Made by a program: the position numbers and the translations under genes | The notes under the pieces: generated by a model | Databases searched by the model: none | Seen by the model: the letters and a program-made list of their open reading frames with translations, nothing else | What the model was told of the DNA's origin: nothing | Shown here: positions 1-8,585 of the stretch, one piece after another | Layout: every line of letters begins with the position of its first letter | Position numbering within the stretch: position 1 is the stretch's first letter | NCBI RefSeq assembly: GCF_001598795.1 | Contig: NZ_BCZP01000018.1 | Coordinates: 30,001 to 62,000 of the forward strand | Source: Delftia acidovorans NBRC 14950 | Lineage (GTDB): Bacteria; Pseudomonadota; Gammaproteobacteria; Burkholderiales; Burkholderiaceae_C | Direction of reading: 5' to 3' | Length of the DNA stretch: 32,000 bases

Positions 1-61
1 CTACTCCTCGCAGCAAGTGCGGGAGCGCGCCAAGCGGCGCTGACAGGCCAGGGGCCTGCCT

Positions 62-100
62 GCAAGGGCCGGGCCGCCGCGCAGTCCGGCCAGCCCTTGC
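62..100 (-). terminator. GC-rich imperfect hairpin just downstream of the metY stop (possible terminator, or bidirectional with a + gene ending near 43)
   Basis: gcaagggc (62-69) is the exact reverse complement of gcccttgc (93-100), and the interior can pair partially (ggccg/ccggcc). It lies 8 nt past the metY stop (108-110). There is no clear U-tract, so intrinsic-terminator status is uncertain. Confidence 0.35.
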
Positions 101-107
101 GCGGGAA

Positions 108-1397
108 TCAGACCTTGGCCAGCGCCTGCTCCAGGTCGGCCAGCAGGTCGCTGATGTGCTCGATGCCCACGGACAGGCGCACCATGCCTTCGGTCACGCC
201 GGCCTTGGCAAGCTCCTCCGCGTCCAGTTGGCGGTGCGTGGTCGATGCCGGGTGCGTGGCCAGGGACTTGGCGTCGCCGATGTTGACCAGGCGCGTGAAC
301 AGCTGCAGCGCATCCAGGAAGCGCGCACCGGCGGCGCGCGTGTCGCTGTCGCCGCTGCCGTTCTTGAGGCTGAAGGAGAGGATGCCCGAGGCGCGGCCGC
401 CCAGCTGCTTCTTCACCAGGGCGTGGTCGGGATGGTCCTGCAGGCCAGCGTAGCGCACCCATTCGATCTTGGGATGCTTTTGCAGCGTCTCGGCGATCTT
501 CTGGGTGTTCTCGCAGATGCGGTCCATGCGCAGGGCCAGCGTCTCTATGCCCTGCAGGATGAGGAAGGCGTTGTGCGGCGACAGCGCGGCGCCGGTATTG
601 CGCAGCGGCACCACGCGCACGCGGCCGATGTAGGCGGCCTCGCCCAGGGCCTCGGTGTAGACCACGCCGTGGTAGCTGACATCGGGCTCGTTCAGGCGCT
701 TGAAGCGTGTCTTGTGCTCGGCCCAGGGGAACTTGCCGCTGTCCACGACGGCGCCGCCCACGCTGTTGCCGTGGCCGCCGAGGTACTTGGTCAGCGAGTG
801 CACGACGATGTCGGCGCCGTGCTCGATGGGGCGCAGCAGATAGGGGCTGGGCACCGTGTTGTCCACGATCAGCGGCACGCCATGGGCGTGGGCCACGTCG
901 GCCAGCGCGCGGATGTCGGTGACATTGCCCAGCGGGTTGCCGATGGACTCGATGAAGATGGCCTTGGTCTTTTCATCGATGTGCTGGGCAAAGCTGGCCG
1001 GGTCGCGCGGATCGGCAAAGCGCACCGTGATGCCCTGCTGCGGAAAGGTGTGGGCGAACAGGTTGTAGGTGCCGCCGTAGAGCGTGCTGGCCGAGACGAT
1101 GTTGTCGCCGGCCTCGGCAATCGCCTGGATGGCATAGGTGATGGCGGCCATGCCCGAGGCCACGGCCACGGCGGCAATGCCGCCTTCCAGCGCCGCGACG
1201 CGCTTTTCGAGCACGTCGGTGGTGGGGTTCATGATGCGCGTGTAGATGTTGCCGGCCACCTTGAGGTCGAACAGGTCGGCGCCATGCTGGGCACTGTCGA
1301 AGGCGTAGGCCACGGTCTGGTAGATGGGCACGGCGGCCGACTTGGTGGTGGGGTCGGGCGAGTAGCCGGCGTGGACGGCCAGGGTTTCGATGCGCAT
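108..1397 (-). CDS. metY: O-acetylhomoserine sulfhydrylase (PLP-dependent Cys/Met metabolism family)
   Basis: Track ORF 108..1457(-). The family-typical N-terminus [12 protein letters not shown] starts at the 21st codon, which puts the ATG at 1397 (cat at 1395-1397 on +). The PLP-lysine region [11 protein letters not shown] is present, and 429 aa is typical for MetY. Confidence 0.9.
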   Translation of the reverse strand: MRIETLAVHAGYSPDPTTKSAAVPIYQTVAYAFDSAQHGADLFDLKVAGNIYTRIMNPTTDVLEKRVAALEGGIAAVAVASGMAAITYAIQAIAEAGDNIVSASTLYGGTYNLFAHTFPQQGITVRFADPRDPASFAQHIDEKTKAIFIESIGNPLGNVTDIRALADVAHAHGVPLIVDNTVPSPYLLRPIEHGADIVVHSLTKYLGGHGNSVGGAVVDSGKFPWAEHKTRFKRLNEPDVSYHGVVYTEALGEAAYIGRVRVVPLRNTGAALSPHNAFLILQGIETLALRMDRICENTQKIAETLQKHPKIEWVRYAGLQDHPDHALVKKQLGGRASGILSFSLKNGSGDSDTRAAGARFLDALQLFTRLVNIGDAKSLATHPASTTHRQLDAEELAKAGVTEGMVRLSVGIEHISDLLADLEQALAKV

Positions 1398-1421
1398 GGA
1401 AGATTGCCTTTCTGGTGACGG

Positions 1422-1493
1422 CTTACGCAAGAAGGGTACGGGCGGGCCATTTGCCATGGGGAGCGGCGCGTTCCCGCATCCTGTTTGCGTAAG
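1422..1493 (-). promoter_or_regulatory. Nested-helix RNA element in the metY 5' leader (candidate cis-regulatory RNA, class unassigned)
   Basis: On the minus strand CTTACGCAA (comp. 1485-1493) and TTGCGTAAG (comp. 1422-1430) form a perfect 9-bp closing helix. It encloses inner GCGGG/CCCGC and CCAT/ATGG pairs. The element ends about 24 nt upstream of the metY ATG. Confidence 0.3.
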
Positions 1494-1640
1494 TCCTGAG
1501 GTTTTACTAGCGGAGGACGGTTGGCATTGTGGCGTGCCGGCCTCCGGTGCCCAACGATGCGTTGGTTACGAACATATACGCCGCAGCCCGGTTGCTCCTC
1601 TGCCACGGGCAGATATGCCCAGCCTGACATTCCCAGGACC

Positions 1641-1690
1641 GTGAGTGAATGTGTATTTTTGTTAACGATGTGTTGTAACGTGACCTGATC
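1641..1690. promoter_or_regulatory. AT-rich island between divergent metY and the GGDEF gene (likely promoter/operator region)
   Basis: This looked like the most AT-rich stretch I noticed in the window: gtgagtgaatgtgtatttttgttaacgatgtgttgtaacgtgacc. It contains the direct half-repeats TGTTAACG / TTGTAACG. No confident -35/-10 assignment. Confidence 0.35.
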
Positions 1691-1712
1691 GCTAGACTCC
1701 ATCAGGGAGTTG

Positions 1713-2891
1713 ATGGTGACGTTGACAGCAAGACATCTTCTGGCGCTGGCGGTGCCCCTGTGCACCTTGCTGCTGGCCGGCTGTTTCTATGTCTGCTGGC
1801 GGCATCTGCGTGCCCGGCGCGAGTTGCGCAGCATGTCCTTCGCCTTCACCGGCTTCAGCCTGGCGCTGCTGCTGCAGATCCTGGAGCGGCCTGCGGCCGT
1901 TCCCGTCAATGCATTGACGACGGCCGCGCTGCAACTGTGCGCGGCCTGGTTCATCACCGAGGCCATGGCCATACGCCAGGGCGTGCGCCCCGATGCACCG
2001 CTGGCGGCCGGCTTTGGCGGCGCGGTGCTGGTGGTGCTGGGCTACTACGCCTGGGCCGTGCCCGATGCCCAGGCGCGCCAGCATGTGCTCAATTTCGGCC
2101 TGGGCCTGCAGCTGGCCCTGCCGCTGTGGCGGCTGCCACGCAGGCATCCCTGCACAGGCTGGGACCGGCTGCTGCTGTGGGTGTTCGTGGTCTTTGCGCT
2201 GAGCTTTTTCGTCCGCACGCTGTGGGTGACGCCGCGTGCTGCTTCGGTATCGGCCAGCGCAGCCGGGGAATGGCTGGGCATTTCTTCCTCGTGGATGGCG
2301 CTGCAGTTGAGCCTGCTGGTGTTCGGCCTGCTGTTTGCCATGCTATTCCTGGCCGCGGCGGTGCGCGACACCGTGCAGGAGCTGCACGAGGAGCGCGACC
2401 GCGATCCGCTGACCGGGCTGCTGAACCGGCGCGCCTTCAAGGAGGCCGTGCAGCGCCGGCTGGCCGAGCAGCCGCAGCTGTCGGCCGCCGTACTGGTGTG
2501 CGACCTGGACCATTTCAAGCGGGTCAACGACGGCTGGGGCCATGCGGCGGGCGACGAGGTGCTGCAGCGCTTTGCGCGCCTGCTGCTGCGCAGCACACGC
2601 CAGCAGGACCTGGTTGCACGCTTTGGCGGGGAGGAGTTCGTGGCCCTGCTGCCGCACGCCGACCCGCTGGCCGCGCAATGGATAACCCGGCGCATCCAGA
2701 CCCAGCTGCGCCTGATGGGCTTCAGCGCGCTGCCCGACGACATACGCATCACGGCCAGCTTTGGCGTGGCCTGGATGGCCCAGGGCCAGACGCTGGAGCA
2801 GGCGCTGGCGCGTGCTGACGCCATGCTCTACGAGGCCAAGCGCGCAGGCCGCGACCGGGTGCGGCTGGTGCCGCAAGAGGAAGAGGCCTAG
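1713..2891 (+). CDS. Membrane-anchored diguanylate cyclase (GGDEF domain)
   Basis: Track ORF 1710..2891(+). The C-terminal domain has the A-site RFGGEEFVALL and an RxxD I-site (RQQD) exactly 5 residues upstream. The N-terminal ~200 aa are hydrophobic and multi-span. The start is ambiguous (TTG 1710, ATG 1713, GTG 1716) after GGGAG at 1705-1709. Confidence 0.9.
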   Translation: MVTLTARHLLALAVPLCTLLLAGCFYVCWRHLRARRELRSMSFAFTGFSLALLLQILERPAAVPVNALTTAALQLCAAWFITEAMAIRQGVRPDAPLAAGFGGAVLVVLGYYAWAVPDAQARQHVLNFGLGLQLALPLWRLPRRHPCTGWDRLLLWVFVVFALSFFVRTLWVTPRAASVSASAAGEWLGISSSWMALQLSLLVFGLLFAMLFLAAAVRDTVQELHEERDRDPLTGLLNRRAFKEAVQRRLAEQPQLSAAVLVCDLDHFKRVNDGWGHAAGDEVLQRFARLLLRSTRQQDLVARFGGEEFVALLPHADPLAAQWITRRIQTQLRLMGFSALPDDIRITASFGVAWMAQGQTLEQALARADAMLYEAKRAGRDRVRLVPQEEEA

Positions 2892-3781
2892 CCAGGGCTT
2901 GGCTTGCCCGGTGTGACCGGCGCCTGCAGCAGGCGTGGGGTGCGGGAAGGGCGTGGCGATGAGCGTGGGGCGCTGGACTCGCGCGGTGCATGTGGCTCAT
3001 GCGGCTCGTGCGGCTTGTGCGACACATGCTGCTCGTGCGACACATGCGGCTCGCGCGGTGCGTCCTGCTCGCGTGGCGCGTGGGCCCTGCGTGGTCCCCG
3101 CGGGCCGCTGGAGCTGCCGGGGCCGCGGGGTTCAGGCGCAGGCCTGGCGGGCCTGGCCGGGCGTTCGGCCACGGCCGGCTGGCGCTGTTCCCAGGCGGGC
3201 AGGGCGGCATGCACCATGGCGGCGCCGTGGGCGTCGTTGGCCGCGTAGTGGCGCTGGGCCAGGCTCAGCTGCGGTGCAGCCCAGTTGGAGGTGGAGATCT
3301 TCTTGGACTTGTGGAAGTTCTGCCCCAGCACCAGGGCCACGGCCGCGCGCACGCCCACCGAGCTGGCATAGCCGTGGCGCTTGAACACGCGGTCCAGGTC
3401 GATCACGTTGTGCAGCGCAACGCCCAGGCGCGCGGGCAGCGCGCTGCGGTCATGGTCCAGGCCGAAACCGGCCTTGCAGATGGACTCGCTGGCCAGTACG
3501 TCGGCCGCAAGCGCGCGTGCCTGCGCATGGTGCAGCTGCAGCAGCCAGGCCTGGTCGCAGGTGGCCAACTGCACCACATGGGGGCCGGTGTCGGTCTGGT
3601 GGGCGTGGAACAGCGGCTTGCTCTCGGTATCGAAACCGAGCACGGGAGCCGCCATCAGCGCAGCGCGTGCGGCCGCGAATTCGGCGTCGGTGGCGGGCAC
3701 GTGGATGCAGCGCTCGGGCAGGGCGGCAAAAGGCGGCAGCAGGCGGCTGTCATCCTTGCTGGGAGCGTGCAGGCGGGGCAT
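2888..3781 (-). CDS. 3'-5' exonuclease, DEDDy (RNase D/WRN-like domain) with a low-complexity C-terminal tail
   Basis: Track ORF 2888..3781(-). Exo motifs are visible: GFDTES (ExoI), GFGLDHD (ExoII) and YAANDAH (ExoIII, Y-x3-D). The last ~100 aa are Pro/His/Arg-rich. No obvious SD precedes the ATG at 3781. Confidence 0.8.
   Translation of the reverse strand: MPRLHAPSKDDSRLLPPFAALPERCIHVPATDAEFAAARAALMAAPVLGFDTESKPLFHAHQTDTGPHVVQLATCDQAWLLQLHHAQARALAADVLASESICKAGFGLDHDRSALPARLGVALHNVIDLDRVFKRHGYASSVGVRAAVALVLGQNFHKSKKISTSNWAAPQLSLAQRHYAANDAHGAAMVHAALPAWEQRQPAVAERPARPARPAPEPRGPGSSSGPRGPRRAHAPREQDAPREPHVSHEQHVSHKPHEPHEPHAPRESSAPRSSPRPSRTPRLLQAPVTPGKPSPG
2989..3087. repeat. Eleven degenerate 9-nt units (consensus CRTGCGGCT) encoding the exonuclease tail
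   Basis: The units read consecutively: catgtggct catgcggct cgtgcggct tgtgcgaca catgctgct cgtgcgaca catgcggct cgcgcggtg cgtcctgct cgcgtggcg cgtgggccc. gtgcgacacatgc recurs exactly at 3017-3029 and 3035-3047 (18-nt period). Confidence 0.6.
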
Positions 3782-3998
3782 GGGAAAAGAGGGGGAAGCC
3801 GAGGCAAGCCGTCAAGTATGCCTGCACTTGCATGCCCCTCAGGCACCGGGTTTTTATCCCCGGTGCGTGTGGACGGAGTTGTGGAAAACTCCGGGTGTAA
3901 CTTGCCGAATCCGCGCCCTGCAAGGCTTTCCACGGAATGCCTAAAAAATCAGCGCAGTGGCGAAAGGGCGTCGAATAAGGGTATTTGCGGATGGCTGC

Positions 3999-4023
3999 GC
4001 CGGACCCCGATGCAGGGTCCGGC
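3999..4023 (-). terminator. Hairpin at the 3' end of the 14-gene minus-strand cluster
   Basis: GCCGGACCC (3999-4007) and GGGTCCGGC (4015-4023) form a perfect 9-bp stem with a 7-nt loop. It lies 19 nt downstream of the stop at 4042. The U-tract is weak. Confidence 0.45.
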
Positions 4024-4041
4024 GGCTGTTTCAAAAGGTGT

Positions 4042-4854
4042 CTAAAGGCCTTGATCGTTGAATACCGGCACCCGCTTTTCCAGGCCGGCGCGCACGGCCT
4101 CGGCCTGGTTGGGGCTGCCCAGCAGGGCCTGCTGCTCCTGCGCCTCGGCCAGCAGGATGTCTGCGGGAGAAGCGGTTTCGCTGAGCTGCATCAGGCGCTT
4201 GGAAGCGCGTATGGCGTGCGGGCTGCTGGCCGCGATCTGGCGGGCCAGATGGCGCGCTTCCTCCAGCGGCGCAGCGCTCACGCGCGTGGCCAGGCCCAGG
4301 GCCACGGCCTCGGGGCCGGGCACGACGCGGCCGGTGTAGACCAGTTCGCGCAGCACATCGCCGCGCACCAGCGGCGCGGCCAGCGCGCAGCCGGCCATGT
4401 CGGGCACCAGTCCCCACTTGATTTCCATGATGGACAGCCGCGCATCATCGGCCACCAGGCGGATGTCCGCGCCAAGGGCCAGCTGCAGGCCGCCGCCGTA
4501 GGCCACGCCGTGCACGGCGGCGATCACGGGCACGGGCAGTTCGCGCCAGCCCCAGCAGATCTGCTGGAAGCGGTTGGCCATGCCGTGCGTGCGCGCGGCC
4601 AGGTCCGTCATGTCCGCCGTCTGCTGGCCGTCGGCAATGCCGGCCATGCTGCCCATGTCCAGGCCCGCGCAGAAGGCGCGCCCTTCGCCATGCAGCACCA
4701 CGGCGCGCAACCCGGGCGTGTCCCGCAGCCGCGCCAATGCGTCGATCAGTGCGTCGAACATGGCGGGGTCCAGCGCATTCATCTTGTCGGGCCGGGCCAG
4801 GGTCACCTCGGCCACGCCGTGGTCCACCGATATGCGCACGCGTTCTTGGCTCAT
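4042..4854 (-). CDS. Enoyl-CoA hydratase/isomerase (crotonase family)
   Basis: This is the C-terminal 270 aa of track ORF 4042..5631(-). It starts MSQERVRISVDHGVAEVTLARPDKMNAL, preceded by AAGGAGA. Crotonase signatures HGEGRAFCAGLD and AAVHGVAYGGGLQLALGADIR are present. Confidence 0.9.
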   Translation of the reverse strand: MSQERVRISVDHGVAEVTLARPDKMNALDPAMFDALIDALARLRDTPGLRAVVLHGEGRAFCAGLDMGSMAGIADGQQTADMTDLAARTHGMANRFQQICWGWRELPVPVIAAVHGVAYGGGLQLALGADIRLVADDARLSIMEIKWGLVPDMAGCALAAPLVRGDVLRELVYTGRVVPGPEAVALGLATRVSAAPLEEARHLARQIAASSPHAIRASKRLMQLSETASPADILLAEAQEQQALLGSPNQAEAVRAGLEKRVPVFNDQGL

Positions 4855-4871
4855 GGCTTGTCTCCTTGTGT

Positions 4872-5762
4872 CTATGCGGTTCTTTGCTGGCGGTCGGCCG
4901 CGTTGCGCGATTCGATGGCGCTGCGCGCATTCGCCCAGTCCTGATCGCTCCAGCTGGCCAGCCCGGCGAAGTTGCCGCCCGTCGCCTGGTATTGTCCGCC
5001 GTCTATGGCAATGGTCTGTCCCGTCAGGTACTCGGCCTGGCGGCTCATGAGGAAGACGGCCAGGTTGGCCAGTTCGGGCATGCGGCCGTTGCGGCCCATG
5101 GGGTTGTCGGCGCGCACATGCTCGCCGCCCTGCGGGTTCAGCCGCGCGCTCATGCCTTCGGTGGGGAACAGGCCCGGCGCGATGGCGTTGAAGCGTATGC
5201 CCCGGTTGCCCCATTCCACGGCCAGCGATTGCGTCATGGCATGCACGCCCGACTTGGCCATGGCCGAGGGCACGGTGAAGGCCGAGCCGTTCCAGACCCA
5301 GGTGGTGAGGATGGACAGCACGCTGGCCTTGCGGCCCTCGGCCAGCCAGCGGCGGCCGCACTCCAGCGTGAGGTTGAAGCTGCCGCGCATGACGATGTTG
5401 GCCACGGCGTCGAAGGCGCGCATGGACAGGTCCTCGGTGCGGCTGACGAAGTTGCCGGCCGCGTTGTTGACCAGGCCCGTGAGCGCGCCGCCATCGGCCC
5501 AGATGGCCTCGATCATCTGCTCCACGGCCTCGGGCTGGCGCACGTCGCAGGCATGGCCTACGGCCCGGCCGCCGTGCTGCTGCATCAGCTCCTGCGCTGT
5601 CTGCTCGACCACGGCGCCGCGCCGGCCGCACAGGTGGATGTCGGCGCCCATCATGAGAAAGGCCTCGGCCATGACACGGCCCAGGCCGGTGCCGCCGCCA
5701 GTGACGAGGATGCGTTCGCCCTTGAGCAGGCCGGGCTTGTAGATGAGGTCGTCGAGGGTCAT
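4872..5762 (-). CDS. SDR oxidoreductase, 2,4-dienoyl-CoA reductase (DECR)-like
   Basis: Track ORF 4872..5762(-). It has the cofactor motif VTGGGTGLG. The segment FTVPSAMAKSGVHAMTQSLAVEWG resembles the DECR-type active-site segment (recalled from memory: ...PSASAKAGVEAMSKSLAAEWG). AGGAGA lies upstream of the ATG. Confidence 0.88.
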   Translation of the reverse strand: MTLDDLIYKPGLLKGERILVTGGGTGLGRVMAEAFLMMGADIHLCGRRGAVVEQTAQELMQQHGGRAVGHACDVRQPEAVEQMIEAIWADGGALTGLVNNAAGNFVSRTEDLSMRAFDAVANIVMRGSFNLTLECGRRWLAEGRKASVLSILTTWVWNGSAFTVPSAMAKSGVHAMTQSLAVEWGNRGIRFNAIAPGLFPTEGMSARLNPQGGEHVRADNPMGRNGRMPELANLAVFLMSRQAEYLTGQTIAIDGGQYQATGGNFAGLASWSDQDWANARSAIESRNAADRQQRTA

Positions 5763-5839
5763 GGCTGCTGTCTCCTGTGCTGCCGGGGAAGGGATAGGGG
5801 AACTGCGGCAGCGCTTGGCGCCGCCAGGGGATCAGAGCG

Positions 5840-6988
5840 TCAGAGCGCGCGAGCGATCACTTCCTTCATGATTTCGCTGGTGCCGCCGTAGATGCGCTGC
5901 ACGCGCGCATCGGCGTACATGCGGGTGACCATGTATTCGTTCATGTAGCCATAGCCGCCATGCAGTTGCACGAGTTCGTCGAGCACCCGGCCCTGCGCTT
6001 CCGAGCCCCACAGCTTGGCCATGGAGGCCGTGGCCGTGTCCAGCGTGCCGGCCACCAGTTGCTCCACGCAGCGGTCGATGAAGGCGCGGCCCACGGTGAG
6101 GGTGGTTGCCACCTCGGCGAGCTTGAACCGGGTGTTCTGCATGTCGGCAATGGCCTGGCCGAAGGCGCGGCGCTCGCGCACATAGGCCAGCGTGGCCTCG
6201 TAGGCGCCTTCCATGCAGGCCAGGGCGGCCAGGCCGATGATCAGCCGCTCGTAGGGCAGGTCGCCCATGAGCTGGTAGAAGCCCTGGCCTTCGCGCCCGC
6301 CCAGCAGCGCGTCCTGCGGCACGGTCACGTCATCAAAGAAAAGCTCCGAGGTGTCCTGGGCCTTCATGCCCATCTTGTCGAGCACGCGGCCCACGCGAAA
6401 GCCCGCGCAGTCCTTCGTCTCCACGATGAGGATGGAGGTGCCGCGCGCGCCCTGGGCCGGGTCGGTCTTGCAGACCACGAGGATCAGGCCGGCCAGCAGG
6501 CCGTTGGTGATGAAGGTCTTGCTGCCGTTGATGCGGTAGCGGCCGTCCCTGAGTTCTGCGCGCGTGCGCACGCCCTGCAGGTCCGAGCCCGCGCCGGGCT
6601 CGGTCATGGCGATGGCGCCCACCAGCTCGCCGCGCGCCATGGCGGGCAGGTACTTGCGCTTTTGCGCCTCGGTGCCGTGGTTGAGCAGGTAGTGGGCCAC
6701 GATGGAATGCACGGAGTTGCTCATGCCCGAGAGGGCACGGCGCGCCATCTCCTCGTGGATCACGGCCTCGTGGCGGAAGTCGCCGCCGCCGCCGCCGTAG
6801 TCCTCGGGGATGTCGGTGCACAGCAGGCCCAGCTCGCCGGCGCGGCGCCAGATGGCATGGCCCACGTTGCCGCGCTGGCGTGCGGCCTCGTCCTGCGGCT
6901 GCATTTCGGTTTCCAGAAAGCGCACGGCGGTGGCGCGCAGGCTTTCCAGCTCGGGGGTGCTCCAGGAGCGTGTCAGTTGCAGTGGCAT
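5840..6988 (-). CDS. Acyl-CoA dehydrogenase (LCAD/IVD-type)
   Basis: Track ORF 5840..6988(-), 382 aa. The C-terminal RIYGGTSEIMKEVIARAL has Gly where MCAD-type enzymes carry the catalytic Glu (YEGT), as in long-chain and isovaleryl-CoA dehydrogenases (established knowledge, from memory). Confidence 0.9.
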   Translation of the reverse strand: MPLQLTRSWSTPELESLRATAVRFLETEMQPQDEAARQRGNVGHAIWRRAGELGLLCTDIPEDYGGGGGDFRHEAVIHEEMARRALSGMSNSVHSIVAHYLLNHGTEAQKRKYLPAMARGELVGAIAMTEPGAGSDLQGVRTRAELRDGRYRINGSKTFITNGLLAGLILVVCKTDPAQGARGTSILIVETKDCAGFRVGRVLDKMGMKAQDTSELFFDDVTVPQDALLGGREGQGFYQLMGDLPYERLIIGLAALACMEGAYEATLAYVRERRAFGQAIADMQNTRFKLAEVATTLTVGRAFIDRCVEQLVAGTLDTATASMAKLWGSEAQGRVLDELVQLHGGYGYMNEYMVTRMYADARVQRIYGGTSEIMKEVIARAL

Positions 6989-7013
6989 GGCTTGGACCGG
7001 TGGATTGAGGGGT

Positions 7014-8576
7014 TCAGTTGATGCGCCGTTCGCGGCCCTGCCAATAGGGTTCGCGCAGTTGGAATTTCTGCAGCTTGCCGGCGGCCGACAGCGGCAGCTC
7101 GGCGCGGAACTCCACCGAGCGCGGGCACTTGTAGCCCGCGATGCGTTCGCGGCAGTGGGCGATGACCTCGGCCTCGGTCAGCGGCTGGCCCTCGCGCGCG
7201 ACGATCACGGCGTGCACGCGCTCGCCCCAGCGTTCGTCAGGCACGCCGATGACGGCGCACATGGCGACCTGGGGCAGCTGGGCGATGGCGTTCTCGACCT
7301 CGGCCGAGTACACGTTCTCGCCGCCGCTGACGATCATGTCCTTGAGCCGGTCCACGACGAAGAGGTAGCCGTCGGCATCCAGCCGGCCCATGTCGCCCGT
7401 GTGCATCCAGCCGTCCTTGAGCGCGGCGGCCGTCTCGGCGGGCCTGTTCCAGTAGCCCTGCATGACCATGGGGCCGCGTGCCGTGATCTCGCCCACCTCG
7501 CCGGCAGGCAGCTCGCGGCCCTCGCCATCGACGATGCGCACCTCGGCAATGGTCACGGGCCGGCCGGCCGCGCGCAGCAGGCGCTCGCGCTGCGGGCCGG
7601 GACGGTGCTCGGCCGGGCCCATGGACACGATGGTGGGCGACAGCTCGGTCATGCCGTAGGCCTGGGCGAAGTCGGCGCCGGGCAGCGCCTGCATGGCGCG
7701 CTCCAGCAGGCTGGCGTCTATGGGCGCCGCGCCATAGAGCATGAGGCGCAGGCTGGACAGGTCGAACTCCGCCAGGCGCGGATGCTCGATCAGCCGGCGG
7801 ATCATGGTGGGCACCAGGAACAGCTCGTTCACGCCGTGCTGCTGGATGCCGTCCAGGATGGCCAGCTCGTCGAAGGCCGGCACGATGACCTGGGGCACCA
7901 GGCGCTGGGCCATGAGCAGGGCCAGGCCGCAGCCGGCCACATGGAACATGGGCGTGACCACCATGCCCACCTTCACATGCTGGCGCGGCACGTTGCTGGC
8001 ATTGGACAGGGCGTTGATGAACAGGTTGTCGTGGCTGAGCATCACCCCCTTGGGCCGGCCCGTGGTGCCGCCTGTGTACATGACGGCAGCCAGGTCGTTG
8101 CCGCTGCGCAGCGCGTCGGCGCAGGGCGTGGCGGCGGCCAGCAATTGCTCGTAGTGCAGCGCGCCTTCGGGCGCGGCGCCCGTGCCGCAGAACACCACGG
8201 TGCGCAGGCTGGAGGACAGCTCGCGCAGCCGGGGCACCAGGGGCGCGAAGGCATCGTCCACGAAGAGCACGCGCGTGTCGCAGTCGTCCAGCGAGTAGGC
8301 CACCTCGTGCGCGCTCCAGCGGATGTTGACGGGGTTGACCGCGGCGCCTGCCCACCAGCAGCCATAGAAGTATTCAAGGTAGCGGATGGAGTTCAGGCCC
8401 ATCATGCCGACGCGGTCGCCGGGCGCCACGTCCAGCGCCCGCAGCAGGCCGGCACAGCGTTCGATGCGCTGCGCAAGCTGCGACCAGCTGGCCTGCTCTG
8501 CGCCGCAGATGGCCGCCGTGGCGCCGGCCCTTTCGCGGCGGCCCTTGCGGATGGCCTGGGTGAGATACATGGGCAT
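7014..8576 (-). CDS. Acyl-CoA synthetase (AMP-forming, ANL superfamily)
   Basis: Track ORF 7014..8576(-), 520 aa. The AMP-binding motif is MYTGGTTGRPKGV. GAGGAA lies 5 nt upstream of the ATG. Confidence 0.92.
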   Translation of the reverse strand: MPMYLTQAIRKGRRERAGATAAICGAEQASWSQLAQRIERCAGLLRALDVAPGDRVGMMGLNSIRYLEYFYGCWWAGAAVNPVNIRWSAHEVAYSLDDCDTRVLFVDDAFAPLVPRLRELSSSLRTVVFCGTGAAPEGALHYEQLLAAATPCADALRSGNDLAAVMYTGGTTGRPKGVMLSHDNLFINALSNASNVPRQHVKVGMVVTPMFHVAGCGLALLMAQRLVPQVIVPAFDELAILDGIQQHGVNELFLVPTMIRRLIEHPRLAEFDLSSLRLMLYGAAPIDASLLERAMQALPGADFAQAYGMTELSPTIVSMGPAEHRPGPQRERLLRAAGRPVTIAEVRIVDGEGRELPAGEVGEITARGPMVMQGYWNRPAETAAALKDGWMHTGDMGRLDADGYLFVVDRLKDMIVSGGENVYSAEVENAIAQLPQVAMCAVIGVPDERWGERVHAVIVAREGQPLTEAEVIAHCRERIAGYKCPRSVEFRAELPLSAAGKLQKFQLREPYWQGRERRIN

Positions 8577-8585
8577 GGGGTTTCC

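Noticed and set aside
1-43. Possible 3' end of a + strand gene (...YSSQQVRERAKRR, stop at 41-43), convergent with metY
   Set aside because: Only 13 codons are visible, too little to support a feature. It is noted because it would make the 44-100 hairpins a bidirectional terminator.
1-462. A 153-aa minus-strand ORF open at the window start
   Set aside because: It overlaps the metY 3' region in a different frame of the same strand, its translation is Arg/Pro/Gly-rich, and it has no motif.
1398-1709. Assigning the metY leader to a named SAM riboswitch class
   Set aside because: Only fragmentary resemblance to SAM-I/IV-type cores by eye. The characteristic conserved junction sequences could not be aligned confidently, so it is kept as an unclassified candidate.
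3843-3866. Hairpin gcaccggg-tttttatc-cccggtgc, and the adjacent cggagtt-gtggaa-aactccg, considered as a terminator or sRNA
   Set aside because: The T-run lies in the loop rather than after the stem. Neither strand has an upstream gene end that needs it, since the operon-end hairpin is at 3999-4023. It lies in the exonuclease promoter region. It may be REP-like, but the evidence is insufficient.
4855-5631. N-terminal 259-aa extension of track ORF 4042..5631
   Set aside because: It overlaps the SDR gene (4872-5762) in another frame and its translation is Arg/Pro/Gly-rich. The crotonase-like sequence begins at the internal Met with AAGGAGA upstream.
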